A DNA stretch of 64,000 bases from Octopus vulgaris (taxonomy: Eukaryota): NCBI GenBank assembly GCA_951406725.2, contig OX597814.1:93868001-93932000 (forward strand), read 5' to 3'. Made by a program: the position numbers and the translations under genes. Below, in pieces: positions 24,374 to 37,929 of this stretch. The notes under the pieces were generated by a model that was not told where the DNA came from, ran no database searches, and saw nothing but the letters and a program-made list of their open reading frames with translations. Within the stretch, counting starts at the first letter, position 1. Each line of letters opens with the position of its first letter.

Positions 24374-24689
24374 CACTCGGACGCACACATACATACACAC
24401 ATTTATATTTGGTGGTGGACGTGCAGTGTTAGGCCGATGTTTGTTGGTGTCTTTTATACATATACATATATATATACATAATCAATAATAATAACGGGTA
24501 AAATTAATTCATTAACTAGTAATTAATAATTCCACCAAGTAGTATTCGGCATGTTAAAAGGACCATTTACGGTAAACTTAAACAATATTTTATAATTCTG
24601 AGTATAATTATAATTAGGGTTCAGCAAGAATTTGCTTCACCAAACATATCTTCCTCTTCAGCTGTCTGACAGTTACCGACGAGATTTCC

Positions 24690-25458
24690 CTAATACACCA
24701 GTGTGAACCTGGAACAACCGCTTAGGTTCATTTAGATCGTGTATAGATAGGATTTTCACGAGCGAAATACAGAGTAATAATGTAGGATGTCCACTTTTTA
24801 TAACAGTTGCCTATTCAGACCATAAGTTTGTAATCTGTACGGTTGACCTAGATAAGACGCGTAGGTAGGACCCGGATACTGGAAGCTAAACATGGCGTTT
24901 CTGGCACAAGGGGAATACAGGGACCGAGTCAACAAATTAGTTATGCAGAAGTTGACAGGGGAGGGGGTCGTCAACAACAGGCGGTCGGCGGCTCTCGGTT
25001 AGAGTAATATCGATAGGATTTCGCCAAGAAATAGTGTTAGAAAAAAATACGAAGTATGGTTAGTAGCTGAACTAGACGAGGCTATTTGTAGTCACACTGC
25101 AACCACCGTGCTAGCAGCGAGAACAGTATCAGACCAGTTCTTCAATGCGAAACATGTAGGTTATATTGTCGGAGCTAAGGTGCGTGCTCTAAGAAACAAA
25201 CAGATCAAAGCTGTTCGATATGCCAGCGTGGCAGTGGCGCAGCGTGGTAACAAAACCACAATTCGGTCATTGATGGACGGAGACGGACACGAGCTAAGCG
25301 ATTCCAGATAGATGTATAAGGCCTTTCGCCTGCACTTTGCTCGATTGTTCGGAGATGGTGGCGGTACGGAGATGGTGGAGGACTTCAGTCCGTAGCTCGA
25401 CGGCTTGCCGCATCTCTTGACGGCCGACGCTGAGCGCTGTGAAAGGCAGATAACTCTG
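24690..25458 (+). mobile_element. Decayed Tx1-like ORF2 fragment
   Basis: SDHKFVICTVDLDK, PGYWKLN and VGAKVRALRN are homologous to the 8879-12274 element. Confidence 0.75.
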
Positions 25459-25459
25459 C

Positions 25460-25900
25460 CTGTGGGAAATTATGGAGTAAATCTTAGGGTTTATAAATCT
25501 AACATTTTCCTATTTTTCCTTAATATCGGTTCCCATATGCTACTCATATCTGCATTCGCTCTGCAGGTATGTAGGTTATACAAAGGCGAAACATGCCGCC
25601 CCTCAAAATAAGGGTAGACGAACATCGCAAAGCTGTGACACGAGGAGATATTGATAAATCGGGTATAGCTGATCATGTATGGAAAAATGGGGACCACTTC
25701 CCCTTGTGGGATGACGTTAAAATAATAGATAGAGAACACCACCGGAAAATACGAAAACTAAAAGCAGCACATATGTTAGGACAAAAACAACCTCCTAAGC
25801 AGACCGAGTGCAGATATGAGTAGCATATGGGAACCGGTATTCAGGAAGGATAGAAAAATATTAGATTGATAAGCCCAAAAATTCACTCTATAATTTCCCG
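25460..25900 (+). mobile_element. Penelope-like GIY-YIG 3' fragment with an inverted 5' duplication
   Basis: YKGETCRP/LKIRVDEHRKAVTRGDIDKSGIADHVW. Positions 25460-25558 are the reverse complement of 25805-25900. Confidence 0.8.
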
Positions 25901-25970
25901 CGAGCATATGGCGTAGTGGTTAAGAGCACGGGCTACTAATCCCAAGAGTCCGAGTTCGATTCCAGGCAGT
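25900..25970 (+). promoter_or_regulatory. tRNA-derived internal Pol III promoter (A and B boxes)
   Basis: A box TGGCGTAGTGG (25909-25919) and B box GAGTTCGATTCC (25952-25963), with tRNA-like spacing. Confidence 0.75.
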
Positions 25971-26060
25971 GACCTGAATAATAATAATAATCATAATAAC
26001 AATAGTAATAACATCGAAAAATACCTCAGGAATGAAAAGCCAAGTTTGAAATTTCACCAA

Positions 26061-26106
26061 GACACCTGATGAAGGCTGGAGGGTATATCAGCCGAAACAT
26101 TGTGTT
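26061..26106 (+). ncRNA. Minimal hammerhead ribozyme
   Basis: GACAC CUGAUGA a GGCUG gaggguauau CAGCC GAAAC AUU GUGUU. Helix I is GACAC/GUGUU. Helix III is vestigial (ACAU, probably ancestral ACGU). Confidence 0.7.
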
Positions 26107-26494
26107 AACAACAAACAAGATGAGGACAAATATCCGTCAAATGTAAATAACAACTTTTTTATCTGTTTAAATTAGTTGGTATAAAAAGATTATTCTCTTT
26201 TACTCTTTTACTCTTATACTTGTTTCAGTCATTTGACTGCGGCCATGCTGGAGCACCGCCTTTATTGTTTAAATTAACTAATAAAAATCTTCTATATTTA
26301 TTATTTTCTACATAGCCTTGGTTTTGTTATCTCATTACGAAAAAAAAGTTTATATACACACGCCGACATATGACCAACGTTGAACTCCTTATTCGCATAA
26401 TCACCGTACCTGGAACTTAACTATGGTCTATCTATAACACTTATTCAGCATTACCTGACACCTTTGGGTCACAATGACACCATTACCTGTTATA

Positions 26495-26583
<89 letters not shown>

Positions 26584-27095
26584 TAAATAAGAAAGAGTGA
26601 AAAAACTACAGAAGGCTTGTGTTATAGGGTTAAAGAATTTTTTTAAATCGATATCTTGGAAAAATATTAAAAACTTTCGTGTATAGTAATATAGTTTTTG
26701 GAGAAATAACCGGTTTCGTCAATAGAATATCTCTATATTTAATTTATCTTTATAATTGAATTATACTCCTATTTCTATGGTATCCAACTGACGCACCTGT
26801 GAATTGGATGTTTACCACACCCATTTGAAGGATTTTTCCCTCAGTTTATATATTAAAATTTTTTTATATATCTATATATTTATAAATTCTTTTGAATTTT
26901 TACCGTATCTTGTGTATATGAATGCACCTAGATATATTGTGGAGAATTCTGACAATTTGAAACGGATTAAGTGAATATAAACACTGACCTTTGAAATTTG
27001 CTCTCTCTTTCTTAAATTTATAATCCTGAAGCTCTGTTAGAACGCTAATTAGTTGCGCAGTATAAAATGGATAATTGCACCATTTACTTCTTCAT

Positions 27096-27137
<42 letters not shown>

Positions 27138-27202
27138 TGTGTGTGTGTTTGCGTGTGTGAGTGTGTGTGTAAGTGTGTTTGAGTGTGTGTGTATGTGTGT
27201 TT

Positions 27203-27235
<33 letters not shown>

Positions 27236-27311
27236 TGTGTGTGTGTATGTGTGTGTGAGTGTGTGTGTATGTGTGTGTGAGTGTGTGCGTGTATGTATGT
27301 ATGTATGTATG

Positions 27312-27354
<43 letters not shown>

Positions 27355-27425
27355 ATATATATATGTATATATATATATATACATATACATATACATATAT
27401 ATATAAATATATATAGAGAGAGAGG

Positions 27426-27469
<44 letters not shown>

Positions 27470-27891
27470 GACTTGCTTAAAGCCTCCTAACTTTAAAGGT
27501 GTCGCGAAGGCCTAGTTGAAGGCCCAACCTTCTGAGTTCTTTTATAGGGCTGAAGGACTGCTGCAATAGGTGTATTAATCCGAGAGAGAGATATGTTAAA
27601 TAAAATCATAATTAGCTGATCCCTTTTACCCAAAGCCACGAATGTTTTCAGCAACTCCTCGTATATCGGAAATTTTGAGGCTAGCCTAGATGATGTAGTC
27701 ACATTCAGAAATTTAATCAATGCTGTTTAACAGAGTGGCTGGATTGAAGTACTAGTTTGTTGCTTTGATATATGTAGCAACTGCGACATAGTGCTGTTGA
27801 ATGACGCTATTTAAAAGATGGTTTTGCTATTTCTGTTTATAAGGGCAGAATAGGTCTACAGTATGTTGTTTATGGTACATATGTATGAAAA

Positions 27892-28122
27892 AGGCGGCGA
27901 AATCGCAGAAACGTTAACACGCGGACGAAATGCTTAGTGGTATCTCGTCTGCCGTTACGTTGTGAGTTCAAATTCCGCCGAGGTCGACTATGCCTTTCAT
28001 TCTTTTCGGGGTCGATAAATTAAGTACCAGTTACGCACTGGGGTCAATGTAATCGACTTAATCCCGTTGTCTGTCCTTGTTTGTCCACTCTGTGTTTAGC
28101 CCCTTGTGGGTAGTAAAGAAAT
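27892..28122 (+). mobile_element. tRNA-derived SINE (family B)
   Basis: Head aaggcggcga..gcagaaacgtt, B-box-like gagttcaaattcc, body gccgaggtcgactatgcctttcat. A related copy lies at 63420-63605. Confidence 0.75.
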
Positions 28123-28182
28123 TGGTACATATGCATGATGTTTGTATTCAAAACTATTAAAACTAAACATTTCATACAGTCA

Positions 28183-28507
28183 TGTGAATGCGCATAGCTC
28201 AGTGGCCAGAGTTTTTGGGCTCACAATCATGAGGTAGTGAGTTTGATTCCCGGACCGGGCTGTGTTCTTCAGCAACACACTTTATTTATCTCAGCTGTAG
28301 AAATGAGTTTCGTCGTTTCTGGTGCCAAGATGTATCGACCTTTGCTTCTCTCTTAAATAACATCGGTGGTGTAGAGTAGGAAGGTTGATATACATGGGCG
28401 ACCGCTGGTCTTCCGTAAACAGCCTTGCCCAAACTTGTGCTCCCGGGGTGGGTGGGAGTTTCTAAGTGCAATCCCATGATCATTCATGACCGAATGGAGT
28501 CTTTACC
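28183..28507 (+). mobile_element. tRNA-derived SINE (family C)
   Basis: tagctcagtgg...gagtttgattccc head and tail gtgcaatcccatgatcattcatgacc. Related copies at 62700-62930 and 63620-63958. Confidence 0.7.
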
Positions 28508-28673
28508 TATATAGTCTTCATACGAATGCTTGAATCACTAGCAAAGTGACAACAAACAGATCCCTAATTTACAGAAAGATGAATGGGAGACAGAATCAAA
28601 TTAAATTACATCAAAGTTCTGCGAGTGTGTGTGTGTGTTTCCGCCTGTGCGTGTTTGTGTGTGTGTGTGTGTA

Positions 28674-28719
<46 letters not shown>

Positions 28720-28908
28720 AGCTAGCTTATATACTTGCATGTGTTATGTGTACAATTATCACGTTTGTAATTTACGTAGCATTTGCTACTACCAAAAATT
28801 GTTTTAGAGTTACTTCCCTTACTCCTAGTGACGCTAGAACTAAGAACGCAAGACTAAAAATGGCTTTTTATCATATGGCTTTAAGAATGGCTTATTTATC
28901 ATATGCAC

Positions 28909-28981
<73 letters not shown>

Positions 28982-29819
28982 CGAGAGAGACACACACAGA
29001 CAGCATTTTATCGCATGAACTACTGATATATCTATTGTTATTTTTTCTTTTCTTTTGGATGGTTTATGGAATATATATGGAAATTGTTTAATGACAACGC
29101 TGACGTTTTAAAACTACTGAAACCTAAAAATTTTAAGCGGTGTGTGTTCGTATAGATATACATTTTAACATATTCGGGTTTGATCCCAGTAAATTACTAG
29201 GTCACCGAGTGGAGTCACTTTTGATAAAAATACAATAAGTCTGTAAATTGATTAATTACACACACACTCGAATTTCTATACAATCATATATACATTTTAA
29301 TACCCATACGCCTATGCATACATCCCAATGTTTACACAACTACGTGAAATTTACAGGATACACAACACGCATATGAAAGCACGTGTTACAAAAAATAACA
29401 AAATTTGTTTCCGAACTCTAACAGAGACAGATTGAACAATACATAAGTTTAAAACACCACAAAAAACTATGCTCGGAGATAAATCTCAGTCAAAACAAAT
29501 AAACAGATGAATACAAATCTGTTAGCCTTAAGAATCTACGTTACGAGCAATGTTCTCATTCAGGTGGTGTTGTCTCAAAAAAATTAACTCTAAACAGACA
29601 GATCCGTCCCCTAATGACAACGTCCAAGCTCATGCCACAATGATAACAAAGCAAAATACACATCGAATTTTCCGTGGCTACATTGTCATGGCCTCTCTTA
29701 TATTCCTTCTGGACTATTGGCGTACATTGGCTGGTAATATGCTATACGGTTTCACCATTTTGCCCACAGATTCTGCACTTATCACTTTCTGATTTGTTGT
29801 CTACTCTGTATTTTATGTA

Positions 29820-30397
29820 GTTTGTTCTTAGTGCTTGCTCTTGGGCAGCAAAGATTGGAGCCTTCTTTTCCGGTTTTAAATCACTTTTAGTCATCTACGG
29901 TCATCTTTTTTCTCTGTCTATCTTATCTTCAACATCCCTATGAAATTGTCCATACATTCTTTTCTTTAGCCATCTATTTTCAGTTTCATTCATTTTCAAT
30001 TGCTTGTACAGTGCTTTATCTTTGCAATCTTTCATCCTACACAAGCCTGACCTTCTTACTTCTAATAATACCGTTTCTGTGGCATTTGTACACATCATGC
30101 TATGTTATTTTCTTCTGCACTAATGCTGATTTCACATCCAGTAAGTCCTCTTCCCCTTCTTTTTCTTGGTACATATAGTGTGTCTGAATCACTATTTGGA
30201 CGGAGTGCCCCACATCTAGTTAGCAACTTGCTTGTCTTTCTGTCTAAGCTCTTTAGTTCTTCTACTGCCCATGCGATTTCCCCTGCTCCATATCCAAGGA
30301 TTGAAACCGCCCAGGTGTTAATAACTTCAATCATATTCTGTCCATTTAATTTCGACTTCAGGATCAGTCTCAGTCTGCGCAAGTAGTCCACCTTAAA

Positions 30398-30400
<3 letters not shown>
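29820..30400 (-). mobile_element. R4/Dong-like LINE fragment, 5' end at (TTA)n
   Basis: YLRRLRLILKSKLNGQNMIEVINTWAVSILGY; LYVPRKRRGRGL; KRMYGQFHR. Confidence 0.75.
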
Positions 30401-30431
<31 letters not shown>

Positions 30432-30903
30432 GTAATATTTCGGAATGGTCATATTGCCAGTTTAGCCAAAAAAACACACGCACTATATATTTGGTGTTAT
30501 TTTGCTTCAGTGATATTTATTTTTTTACATTAATCTTAATCTTATTTCGGCCAGAGTTCTTTCGTCACACTCTTGTGACCGCATCAGTGGTCCTTTGTTT
30601 TCTTCTTTCGTATTTGTGTCTCTCCTTACTAACCGTCAGCCATTTTGTATTTCTATTGTATGTCTTCATTTGCGCATTCTTATATCTCTATGTGCGTCTA
30701 TGTTTATTTAGTGTGTGTGGGGGGGATGCCTGTAATATTTGTATCTTCTGTTTATATACATTCATGTAATTTGTATTTTGTTTTTGTTGTTGCTTTTGTT
30801 CTAATTTTGTTCATGTGTTTACATCCACCCATTATTATCATTACATATGCTTGTATGTATGTATAACAACAATATTAGTAATAATAATAATAAATCTAAT
30901 CCC

Positions 30904-30935
<32 letters not shown>

Positions 30936-32008
30936 TATACATATACACATATATATACATATATACATATGTATACATACATAGATATATATACATATAT
31001 ATAGTTATTCATTTCTATTTGTTTATTTATCTGTGTATTTATTTATTATGTTTTCGGGATCCTCTATCGTCATATGTTGTGGTGTGTGCTATTACTCCAT
31101 TCTAGTTTTCTATTCAGGCTAGGTTTATGTTCTATTATATGTGTAGCTTCTGTAATTTGTCTAATTGTTGCATCTGTTCTATGTGTGGACAATATCTTAA
31201 TCTCTATGTTATTGATTGATCCCCCGTGTTCCTGTTCGGCGTGTTGGTACAGAATCGATGAGCTTTTACCTTCCTTGAGTTGTCTCCATTGTCCATTCAC
31301 CCGCTCTCCTATGCTTCTTGCCGTTTCCCCTACGTATGTTATTGCCTTGTTACTGCATCGTCCCTCTATACATCTTATACTATAGACTACATTTCTGGCT
31401 TTACAGTTTGTTTGTGGGCTAAATCTACATACAGTGCAATAGTTATCCGTACAGAGGGTTCTACTAAAAAGGATAGGTTCTACCAATTATAGATTTGATA
31501 AGGTTGCCTGGCTTTTCAACAACCTTAATTCTTAGTTTAAGTTTATCTAGGATCCTTCTAAAGCGGTACGCCAGTTCACCTCCAGGGGTGGTGTCAACGA
31601 ACATGACACTCTGGTATTTATGGCTATCATACCAAGAGTTGGCCTTCCCTATTTTCTTTTTTGTCCTTTCTATATTGTTCCATGACTTGTTCCTGTAGAG
31701 TAGGCAAATCCCATTCCTATCATTACATAATATATTATCAAATTTCTTCATGGCTCCTTTGTATACTCTGATCCTTTCTTTATGGCTGTAACCTGAGAAC
31801 TGCATGCGGTGAATGAAATACTGTATGTGTCTCTTTAATTCTGTAGGCTCGCACATGCGTGACACATTTCTCATTATTCTGACGAGGTCTGCCATCAAAA
31901 CATTGAACTTGGCATTGCCCGCAATGGCTGAGTTCCGGTGGATCAGGTATTTTGAGGCCATAGGTTTTGCATAGTATGAATGAAGGATTTGGGTTTTATT
32001 TTTCACAA
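30432..32008 (-). mobile_element. 5'-truncated Naiad-type Penelope-like element (RT thumb + GIY-YIG with CCHH motif)
   Basis: ORFs 31464-32006 and 31070-31486 give VVYSIRCIEGRC...YVGETARSIGER...ILYQHAEQEH...RQITEA...LNRK. Confidence 0.8.
30549..30593 (-). ncRNA. Variant hammerhead motif in the 3' region of the Naiad-like PLE
   Basis: Minus strand: GGACCA CUGAUGC g GUCAC aagagu GUGAC GAAA GAAC UC UGGCC. It has a non-canonical C at position 9. Confidence 0.55.
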
Positions 32009-32014
32009 TTTATT

Positions 32015-32055
<41 letters not shown>

Positions 32056-32059
32056 TATT

Positions 32060-34830
32060 ATTATTCATATACCATGAGCAGATAAGGCTGTTGGAAGAGA
32101 GTAGAATTCTAATATTGGGCTACAAGGGCCAAGAACCCCGCTGTCGGGTTACAGCAAGTAACCTTAGATGCCAAAAACCCTTTTGAGTATCCTAGTTGTC
32201 CCTAGCACTGTTTTCTGAAGCTGTACAAAACTAGGTTTTTTGCCTGTTTCTTCTATCCATCTGTTCAGATATTTAGGGATAGTTCGCAATGCACCTATAA
32301 TTAGTGGGATACATTTAACCCGCACTTTCCATAGTCACTATAATTCAATAGCTAGTTTCTGTTTCTTCGCTATTTTCTATACTTCTCATATTAATTTTTT
32401 CATCATTTGGGAATGTGAGTCAATTATCTGGTAAATTTTATTCTCTTTATCTACTACTAGCAAATTATTCTGTGAGTCTATTACTCTGTCAGTCTGAATT
32501 TTAAAGCCCTACAACATATTGTACTTCTTATTTTCTAGTACTCTACTAGGTTTATGTGTATTCCATTTATCAGGATGTTCAAATCCTAGCGTTCTTCAAA
32601 GTTCCCAGTGGGTTCCTCTCGGTAGATTGTCATGCCTTTTCTTGCATTTTTCTGCGCCAGCATGCTACATTAACTAAGTATATGAGTAATGCTTTGCTCC
32701 CTCTTTTAATTTGCATAATCTACATTGGGAATCTACTTGGCTTTTGTCTATTTTGGCTTTTATTCAATTAGTCCTTAATGTTTGATCTTGTGCGGCCACT
32801 AACAAGCTTTCTTTCTCCCTCTTCAGCTTTCCCTTCTGCAGCCATAATCATGTCTCACTACTAATTGCTAAAACTATCTTTGGGAATCTACCAAGCAACG
32901 CCTTCTCCTGCCAGTTATAATTTCTGTTCTTTTTTGTGGTTTTTAATTTTGTTTGGTATTTTTGGTTTCCCTGTCTTGCTGTGGCTCTAGCAACTTTTAA
33001 TATATTTGCTTCATTGTTACCTACATCGGAGCCTATATCTACACTAGCTAACTCCATGCATTCTTCCACTGATATTAGCCCCCTTCCACCTTCCTTTTTA
33101 GGTAAGCATAATCTTGATACTCCTGCCCCTGGGTGGAATCCTCCATTCATATTGAGTTCTTTCCTAGTTATTCTGTCTAGCTTTGTTAATTCAGTCTCTC
33201 TCCAATCTACAAAGTAATGATACTGCCCAAGTGTTTACAGCCTTCTTTAGATTCGGACCGTTTAGGCTTGACTTCATTAGCTTCCTCACTCTTCTGATGT
33301 ACTCTTTCTTAATTTTCGTTTTCATTTCTCTAGTTAGTACTCTGTCAGATCCTAATACTCCTAGATACTTATAACTCTCTCCTCCTTCCAATGATTTTAA
33401 TGTCTGGCCATCTGGTAATTGGATGCCTTCGCTGTTCACTATCCGTCCCTTTCTCATGACTAATATTACAGACTGATCTATGCCAAATTCCATGCCTATA
33501 TCTTTGCTGTAGAGACTTACAGTCTGTATTAAGGGATCTATCTCTTTTTCATTCTTATTAAAAAGTTTCAGATCATCCATGTAGAGCACCTGGTTAATTT
33601 TTCCTTTAGTATTTCTGAACTGATACCTTACCTTTGCCTTCCTTAATACTAAACTGTGGGTGATCAAACATAAGACAAATATTAAAGGGGATAACGAGTA
33701 CCTATGGAAATTTCTTCTCTTGTTATTAACTTTCCTTAAGACTGTGTCCCCTGAGTATATATCTTTCAATTTCTTTATGCTAAAGCTAATTAATTATCTT
33801 ATGTTGTTCTGCTATACTGAATATTCTCGAACATTCACTTATCTATGAATGTAGAATAATGTCATAGGCTTTGGTATAATCTATCCATGCTATTGTTAGG
33901 TTTTTCTTTCTAGCTTTTATTTCATCTAGAACTGCTTTGTCTACGTATAATAGACCATGCGTTCCTCTAACCTTCTTCCTGCAACCTTTCTGTTCCTCTA
34001 GTAGTAAATTCTGGTTGTCAGGATGCTCGTAAATGCCTTCTGGTAGCATTATTAACAGCTTCCACACTAATGGTAGGCAACTGATTGTTCTATAATTGCT
34101 AGCTGTATTGCCCTTGCTTTTATCTTTCGTAAGGAAAACGATTCTCTCTCTAGTCATCTAATCTGGCATTATTCCTCGATTAAGGCAACCCTGAAGTTGT
34201 TCCCACAGCCTCTCATTTAAACTAATAAATTTCTTTAACCAGTACTCTTGAACTAAATCTGGTCTGGCGATTTTCCAATTTGGCATGTTTCCTAAAACTT
34301 TATTCATTAATGCAATACTTAGTCTTATATCTAGCTGCTTTTTGTTCACTACTTCTTCCTTCACTTTCTTTAACCATACTGCGTCTCCATTATGATTGAC
34401 TGGCTTATCCCAAATATTACCCACGAACTTTCTATCTTCTTCTGCATTAGGTTTTCCATCTTAAGTACTTTCTCCTCTCCTGTTTATTTGGTTATAAAAC
34501 CTCTTCTGGTCTGTTTCAAATAACCTATTCTGTTGATACTGATCTATTCTTTTCTGATATCTGGAAAGTTTATCTGCTATTGCTATGATATGCTGTTTCA
34601 ACTCTTCTATAACTGTCTCAAATCCTTTCCCTTTGACTAAGCAACTTTTCTCAAGAGAAAATTTAAATCGTGCGTTTCCTAATAGCTTGTTCAGTTTCTG
34701 GACTTCTATTCTACTCAAATCATATCTTAAAGTCTTCACTTTATTTTGTAATATACATACTGTATGGGATTATTCCTGCATGTTTTTTTGGGGAGTGTTG
34801 CATAGCAGTGTGTGTAGATCATAAATCACC
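32060..34830 (-). mobile_element. Decayed R4/Dong-like LINE (RT and C-terminal region)
   Basis: ORF fragments contain QNRLFETDQKRFY, SNYRTISCLP, EEQKGCRK, WIDYTKAYD, YMDDLKLF, YKYLG, LPKKEGGRGL. Confidence 0.8.
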
Positions 34831-35173
34831 CATTTCATAATATTCATAGTTATAGGTGCATCGTTCTCTTTTTTCTTGGTTTGGTTTTGTGATGGATCCG
34901 TCATTACAGCGTTTCTTTTTTGACAGAACACTGCCCATGGACATGTGGTGATGTTTCTTTCGTATTTATAATTATTTTTGTTGCATAAGCGAAAGACCGA
35001 GAAGAATCAGCAATGTGCATATATAGAAAGGACTTGTATAGATATGTGAACATATGTAATTAAAATTTTACTCAGACTATTGCAGTTTTCATGTAGAGTT
35101 ATAGAGTTATTGCAGTTCATGTTTACATTTTCACGCACATGTTGTGGTGGTGCATCTGATGGAAGCTATTATA

Positions 35174-35216
<43 letters not shown>

Positions 35217-35251
35217 AAAACTCTTTCAGTTGCTTTAGATGGCTTACATTA

Positions 35252-35320
<69 letters not shown>

Positions 35321-35325
<5 letters not shown>

Positions 35326-35684
35326 TAGTTTTATTTTTATTTTTATAGCGTGCTTTCACTTCACTACCGAGCGCAGCTCTGTGTGCCTTGGGTATGTGCT
35401 GTGATTTGTTGTGATGCTCTGATGGTTATTGTATGGAAAGTGTTCTGCGTAGGATGTGTGCAGTGCCTAGTAGTGCAATTTTCTGTATGTTATATGTGTT
35501 TTTAATCCTGGTGTTTTTGTTATGTATTTGTCTGAATATTTTTTTATCATGCCTAATGCACCTACTATGATAGGAATTGTTTCTGTTTTCAGATTCCACA
35601 TTCTAGTTACCTCTATTTCCAGGTCTTTGTATTTTGAGAGTTTCTCCATTTCTTTTAGAGACGCGTTGTCATCAGCCGGTATTG

Positions 35685-35685
<1 letters not shown>
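35321..35685 (-). mobile_element. R4/Dong-like LINE 3' fragment flanked by (TTA)n on both sides
   Basis: Near-identical to 13636-13995 on the opposite strand. Confidence 0.85.
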
Positions 35686-35728
<43 letters not shown>

Positions 35729-35739
35729 CATCATTATCA

Positions 35740-35781
<42 letters not shown>

Positions 35782-35782
<1 letters not shown>

Positions 35783-36032
35783 GAACCACTCCTTGATTCA
35801 TCTACAATGGCCGATTTGTTAAACGAAACGATTGACCCCCCAGTCACCAGGGTCTCACAGCAGGAAGCACCATCCCTTCCTTTTACTGCCCAAGTAGCTC
35901 AATCATCATCACTGTCAACATCATCTCTTCTGCCTATTACTACTATTACTACAAACACTATCAAACCAAAAACATCTTTGTCTACCGCTACCTCATGTAA
36001 TCAATCATCATCACTGTCGACATCTCTTCTGC

Positions 36033-36099
<67 letters not shown>

Positions 36100-37926
36100 A
36101 ACTGCTGCTGCTGCTGCTGCTGCTACCTCAAGGAATCTACCTCCTATTACTTGTCCAAGAACTCTACCTCCCACCGGTCACAAAGGTCGCGAAAACCTTA
36201 ACAAACTATCATCCACACCTCTCACAACTCACACACGCACCTACACACCCACTCGAAACCCCATCATTTGCCGTTATTCTCTCCGCCATAGATTATGCAC
36301 TGATAGAGACTGCAAATTCACACATTTACCTGGGACAAAACGCTCTATCTCCACAAACCACAACAGCCACCACCATAATAATACTCTATTACAACACCAC
36401 CACAACCACCAATATCTCAAACAAGGAATCCCCAAATCTGCCGCTATTCCCAGCGAGACAGATTGTGTTTGCACAGGGATTGTCCCTTTACCCATCTCCC
36501 GGGGACTCGTCGGACAAATGATAATAAAAATAAAAATAAAAAAACCTACGACTCATATAGAAATAACTACTCATATAAAAATAACCACAATCATAGTCAT
36601 TTACAGTTTCCTAGACAGGAACCTTCTTCTTCCCTCTTTTTTAGCTATAATGAATCTAGCAAAAGAACTGGAAAAAAACATCCGAGCTATCACCCACCAC
36701 CATCCACCACTATCACTACACTGCATATGCCATTAAAAAGCAATCAAATAAACAAAACACCAAAACAATTAAAACCATCCACTCTCGCCTCAACATTTTT
36801 GCTTAACGCCCAAGGCATCAGCCCTTCCTCCAATACTCAAAAATGGAAGATAAAATTCCTGGAGGACTGGGTCAATGCCCATCCAAGCCACATCCCTTTC
36901 TTCGTCCTCACTGAAACCCATCTTAGTAACCTCCACTTTGAAGCCGAGGTGAAAGTGAAAAATTTCAAAGCCATTCGTGCAGATCGTGCTGGCAGAAGAA
37001 AGGGTGGGACTGCCATTTATGTTCATGATTCATTCTCAACAGAGGCTATGAACATATTTTCTAATGGATACTGCAAAGCAGTCGCTGTATTCAGTCAAAC
37101 CAACAACTTAACAGTAGTTGGGCTCTACAGACCACCCCAAACGCCCCTACCATGCTTCAAGGAATGCCTCAACAACATAAAAGTTTTCATTCAGCAGTAT
37201 CAACCTGACAACATCTTAATGATGGGAGACTTCAACCTTCCCGGGGTTGACTGGTCTACAAACAGTCTGCCGCCAGGTTCTTCTCTCTCAACCCCCGACA
37301 GGGAGGCAGTGGAATCGCTTCTTGGCTTCATGGATGATTTCTTCCTGTCCCAACTGGTGCTCGAAACAACGAGATGTCACAAAAAACGTCCTAGACTTAA
37401 TTTTCAGCAATCACACTGATACTATCCACAATATTGCAGTGGAGAAAACTCTACTCTCTGATCATTACATGGTTCTCTGTGATCTGAGATTTCACCAGCC
37501 AAAATGCAAAACAAATGTCATCCCTCCTGTTTATCCATTTGACACTATGGGTTTCCACAATGCAAACTGGGAAGCGATCAGTAATGATCTTGCACAAGTC
37601 GATTGGTCGTTCACGCACACATACACACCCACTAACATCAAAAACATCAAAAAGTCCTGGCAGTCATTTGTAGACACCATTACAAACATATGTGCAAAAC
37701 ACACCCCATTAAGATCTGCAAACAAATCTAAGTGCAAAATCCCTAGAACTAGAAAAACTTTCATCAGGAAAATTAAAAGAATTAACAAAAAAATCAACAA
37801 GCTGAAATACTGTCAACAGCAACACACCAACCTGACTGCCATCTCATCGCTAGAGATTAAAAAAACATACACTCCAAAACAACATGATGTCTATCATCAA
37901 TAGTCAGAAAAGAGCTGAAGAGGCCT
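35782..37926 (+). mobile_element. Second, truncated and frameshifted copy of the CR1-like LINE at 2027-6790
   Basis: Colinear with 2876-4885 (CCCH fingers, APE). ORF pieces are 35522-36736, 36463-37419 and 37247-37903. Confidence 0.9.
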
Positions 37927-37929
37927 CAC

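Noticed and set aside
25900-25975. Functional tRNA gene
   Set aside because: A and B boxes are present, but there is no convincing acceptor stem or oligo-T terminator. The same applies to the SINE heads.
26700-26725. Additional HHR-like half-motifs (26709 accggtttcgtc; 24655 ctcttcag; 52829 ctgaaga; 53205 catcag)
   Set aside because: Only half of the core is recognisable and I could not build all helices, so they are not counted as ribozymes.
27480-27850. Possible LINE 3' fragment (ORF 27493-27720)
   Set aside because: Too decayed to assign from sequence alone.
35522-36736. 404-aa ORF as a novel gene
   Set aside because: It is a chimera of antisense Dong sequence, (TAT)n and CR1 ORF1.
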